DNA of 64,000 nucleotides from Chloroflexota bacterium (GTDB lineage Bacteria; Chloroflexota; UBA11872; VXOZ01): NCBI GenBank assembly GCA_963663275.1, contig OY760183.1, positions 2,176,001 to 2,240,000 of the forward strand, read 5' to 3'. Shown piece by piece: positions 61,439 to 64,000 of this stretch (position 1 is its first letter; each line of letters starts with the position of its first letter). The notes under the pieces were generated by a model. It saw only the letters and a program-made list of their open reading frames with translations, ran no database searches and was not told where the DNA came from. The position numbers and the translations under genes were made by a program.

Positions 61439-63184
61439 CTACGCCTCCGGCGCGGTGACGCGGACGGTGATGACGTCGTTGTCTTGATACTGCTTGTGTT
61501 CGACGGAGTCGGCGAATCCGCGCAGCAGGCGCAGGGAGAGTTCCTGTTCGATAGGGGTTTCCGAGTCGTGTTGCTGGAGTTGGCGGATGCGGTCTTCCAG
61601 GTTTTCGTCGTCCCCGCCGCCGATGAACTCCAGGTCCGCCACGAGCCCATCGCTGGAGGCCAGCACGACCAATTGCTTGCCATCGTCCTCTTCTTCTTCC
61701 TCATCCAGGTCCAGGTTCAGCGGCGCCAGGGTCAGGAGGGTCTCTTCCGCCACCGCCATCAGCCGTTCGGTCATAGCGGTGTTCCATCCCCTGCTATTCG
61801 AAAACCTGGTGACGAAGTCGTTGAGATCCGGCAGCGTGTCGATGTGGAGTTGGGACTGGAACCTCATGCTGCGGTGGGAGGTGAACTCCAGGAAGAGCAG
61901 CATGATAATGGCGAGGAACCCGCCAGTGGAGATGCCGCTCTTGAGCAGCGTGTCCAACACCGGGCCCAGCGCCGGCAGGGCGAAGAGCTTGAATTGGAAC
62001 GCGGCGCCAACCCAGAAGGCGACGCCCGCCACGACGACTTTCTGTCGATTCTGCTCGCTCTGTATCACCAGTTGCGCGCCGTCGACGAAGAGCGTGCCGG
62101 TTACCAGGGTCAGGTAGCCGGCCATCACGGGGCCGGGAATGGTGCTGAGCAGGCCGGAGACCTTGGGAATGAAAGCCATGAAGATGAAGAGCGCGCCAAT
62201 GAGGTAGCCGACCCGGCGGGAGGCCACGCTCGTCACCTGCGTAAACGCCACCGTGCCCGGATGTATGATGATGGGCACCGCGCCCGCGATGCCGCTCAGG
62301 ATATTGCCAATGCCGCCCCCGGCCAGGGTGCCTTGCACCTGCCGGAAGTCTATTGCGCGAGGCTCGCGGCTGGAAACCCGCTGGAGGGCGATCGATTCGC
62401 CGTTGGCCTGTATCGAGATGATGATGCCCAGGAAGATGAACGACGGCAGGATAGTCCAGAAGGGGATGCCGAAGTTGGGGGTCAGATCCGGCAACGCGCC
62501 AGGCAGTCCAATCCACGGGGCTTGCAGCACCCGCTCGAATTCGTACGTGCCGAAAGCGGCGGCGGTCAGGCAGCCGACGACGATGCCGATTGGCGCCGCC
62601 CAGAGGCGCAGCGCCGGCGATCCCCGAAAGGTGAGCACCGCGACGACGAGCAGCGTCACCAGCGCGGTCGCCGTGGCCGCCGTCGGCTCCTCCGTGGAGG
62701 CGGCGTCCAGCAGGCCGAAGACGACGGAAGCCAGCGTGATGGAGAGGATCATCATCACCGTGCCGCCCACGGTCGGCGTGACCAGGCGGCGCAAAATGAA
62801 AAGCCACTTGGAGATGATGAGTTGGCAGATACCGGAGACGACGACCAACATGCCCAGAGTCGCCGGCCCGCCGTCCACCACCGCGGTGATGCAGAACGGG
62901 ATGGAGAAGGCCGCCGTGAACATAGGCAGCACGGCGCGGCCGCCCACCGGCCCGATGCGCCGCACTTGCAGCAGCGTCGTAATGCCCACCACGACCAGAG
63001 AGGCAAAGACCATCCAAATCAGGTAGGAGTCGTCGCGTCCCGAGGCCTTTGCCACGATGACGGGCGTCACCAGCAGCGTGGCGGAGGCAAGCAAACTGAA
63101 CTGGAACCCATACCCCAGACTTGCCAGGAAGGGCGGGTTTTCGTGCGCCTCGTAGCGCGGGTTTTGAGAAACTGTTGCCGCGAT
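61439..63184 (-). CDS. NCS2 (xanthine/uracil) permease with C-terminal soluble domain
   Basis: RYEAHENPP..SLGYGFQ N-terminal motif, TPTVGG, VTSVASRRVG, FIPKV..L..IPGPV; start probably ATC at 63184 (ORF track starts at TTG 63094). Confidence 0.8.
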   Translation of the reverse strand: MAATVSQNPRYEAHENPPFLASLGYGFQFSLLASATLLVTPVIVAKASGRDDSYLIWMVFASLVVVGITTLLQVRRIGPVGGRAVLPMFTAAFSIPFCITAVVDGGPATLGMLVVVSGICQLIISKWLFILRRLVTPTVGGTVMMILSITLASVVFGLLDAASTEEPTAATATALVTLLVVAVLTFRGSPALRLWAAPIGIVVGCLTAAAFGTYEFERVLQAPWIGLPGALPDLTPNFGIPFWTILPSFIFLGIIISIQANGESIALQRVSSREPRAIDFRQVQGTLAGGGIGNILSGIAGAVPIIIHPGTVAFTQVTSVASRRVGYLIGALFIFMAFIPKVSGLLSTIPGPVMAGYLTLVTGTLFVDGAQLVIQSEQNRQKVVVAGVAFWVGAAFQFKLFALPALGPVLDTLLKSGISTGGFLAIIMLLFLEFTSHRSMRFQSQLHIDTLPDLNDFVTRFSNSRGWNTAMTERLMAVAEETLLTLAPLNLDLDEEEEEDDGKQLVVLASSDGLVADLEFIGGGDDENLEDRIRQLQQHDSETPIEQELSLRLLRGFADSVEHKQYQDNDVITVRVTAPEA

Positions 63185-63352
63185 AGCACGTGCCTCCCGG
63201 TGCGGATTGCGTCAGCGAGTGGGGAAGGCGCTACGCAATCCTTGCGTTGGCTCTCTCATTATAGTATGCCCGCAGGGAATCACAAATGGCGGCAATGCGC
63301 CGGACTTGCGCGGTAAACGGAACGCGCGGCTGCCAGGTGTTTGCGCTTGCGT

Positions 63353-64000
63353 TCAGTCCCGTTCGTTGTCTCGCAGGCGCTCTTCCAGCCGTTGCAGCGC
63401 GTCTTGCGTGGCGCGCAGTTCATCCAGGAGTTCCTCCCGCGATACCGGACTCTGTAATTCGCGGAGACGATCCAGCTTGGCCTCGTCCAGGTTGTTTATG
63501 ATGATGGCGATGAAGAGGTTGATCACGACGAACGTGCCCACGACGACGAAGCTGACGAAGTAGACCCAGGCCAGAGGATGCAATTCCATGGCCTTGAACA
63601 TGACCACCGTCCACCCCTCCAGCGTGATGATATTGAAGAGCGTGAGAACCGCCATCCCCAGGTTGCGCCAGTTTTCCGGATCGTGGGCGCTGAAGAGGTG
63701 GTAGCCGATGATGGCGTAAATGTACACGATGATGCTCATGAGCAGCATCACGTGCCCCACGCTGGGAATCGAGTGCACGAGCGCGGTGACGATCAGCCGC
63801 AGGTCGCGAATGGTGGAGACCAGCCGCAGCACGCGCAGCAGCCGCACCAGACGGGCAATGGTGGCGAACTGTCCGGTCACCGGTATCAGGGCGAGCGCGA
63901 TCACCAGAAAGTCGAAGACGTTCCAGCCGTCTCGAAAGTAGCCGGCGACCCGCGGAGAGGACCCGGCCATCTTGAGCAGCGCCTCCAAGACGAAGATGGC
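63353..64000 (-). CDS. Voltage-gated cation channel (BacNav family), 5' end outside the window
   Basis: WNVFDF, S4 RLVRLLRVLR, filter TLEGW, S6 NLFIAII, C-terminal coiled coil. Confidence 0.92.
   Translation of the reverse strand, partial: AIFVLEALLKMAGSSPRVAGYFRDGWNVFDFLVIALALIPVTGQFATIARLVRLLRVLRLVSTIRDLRLIVTALVHSIPSVGHVMLLMSIIVYIYAIIGYHLFSAHDPENWRNLGMAVLTLFNIITLEGWTVVMFKAMELHPLAWVYFVSFVVVGTFVVINLFIAIIINNLDEAKLDRLRELQSPVSREELLDELRATQDALQRLEERLRDNERD

Overview
High-GC bacterial chromosomal window. Gene content and the style of the solute-binding protein suggest Chloroflexota, but that is inference only. The backbone carries hemW, an ino1-patA-PHP-pimA-pgsA inositol-lipid operon, glycosyltransferases, rbsK/hldA/hldC/ndk, a hydantoinase catabolic cluster, tRNA-Asn, argD/G/H, an mtnA-mtnP-pfkB-ahcY-metK SAM-cycle operon, iscS and tpiA. 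Three visibly lower-GC islands interrupt it. (1) 10.6-16.4 kb: a five-gene operon of cysteine desulfurase, DndC, DUF262/DUF1524 (SspE/GmrSD-like), GIY-YIG and DGQHR/DndB. It looks like a compact DNA-phosphorothioation defence system lacking DndD/DndE and SspB/SspC, and is the top candidate novel system. (2) 36.3-37.2 kb: an Asn-rich micro-protein plus an HTH-NYN fusion. (3) 59.3-61.2 kb: a coupled three-gene cassette ending in a putative ADP-ribosyltransferase-like toxin, beside toxin-antitoxin pairs. Intergenic regions hold several palindromic repeat families, into which one IS481 and two kinds of MITE have inserted with visible target duplications. All calls come from reading motifs by eye; no searches were run.
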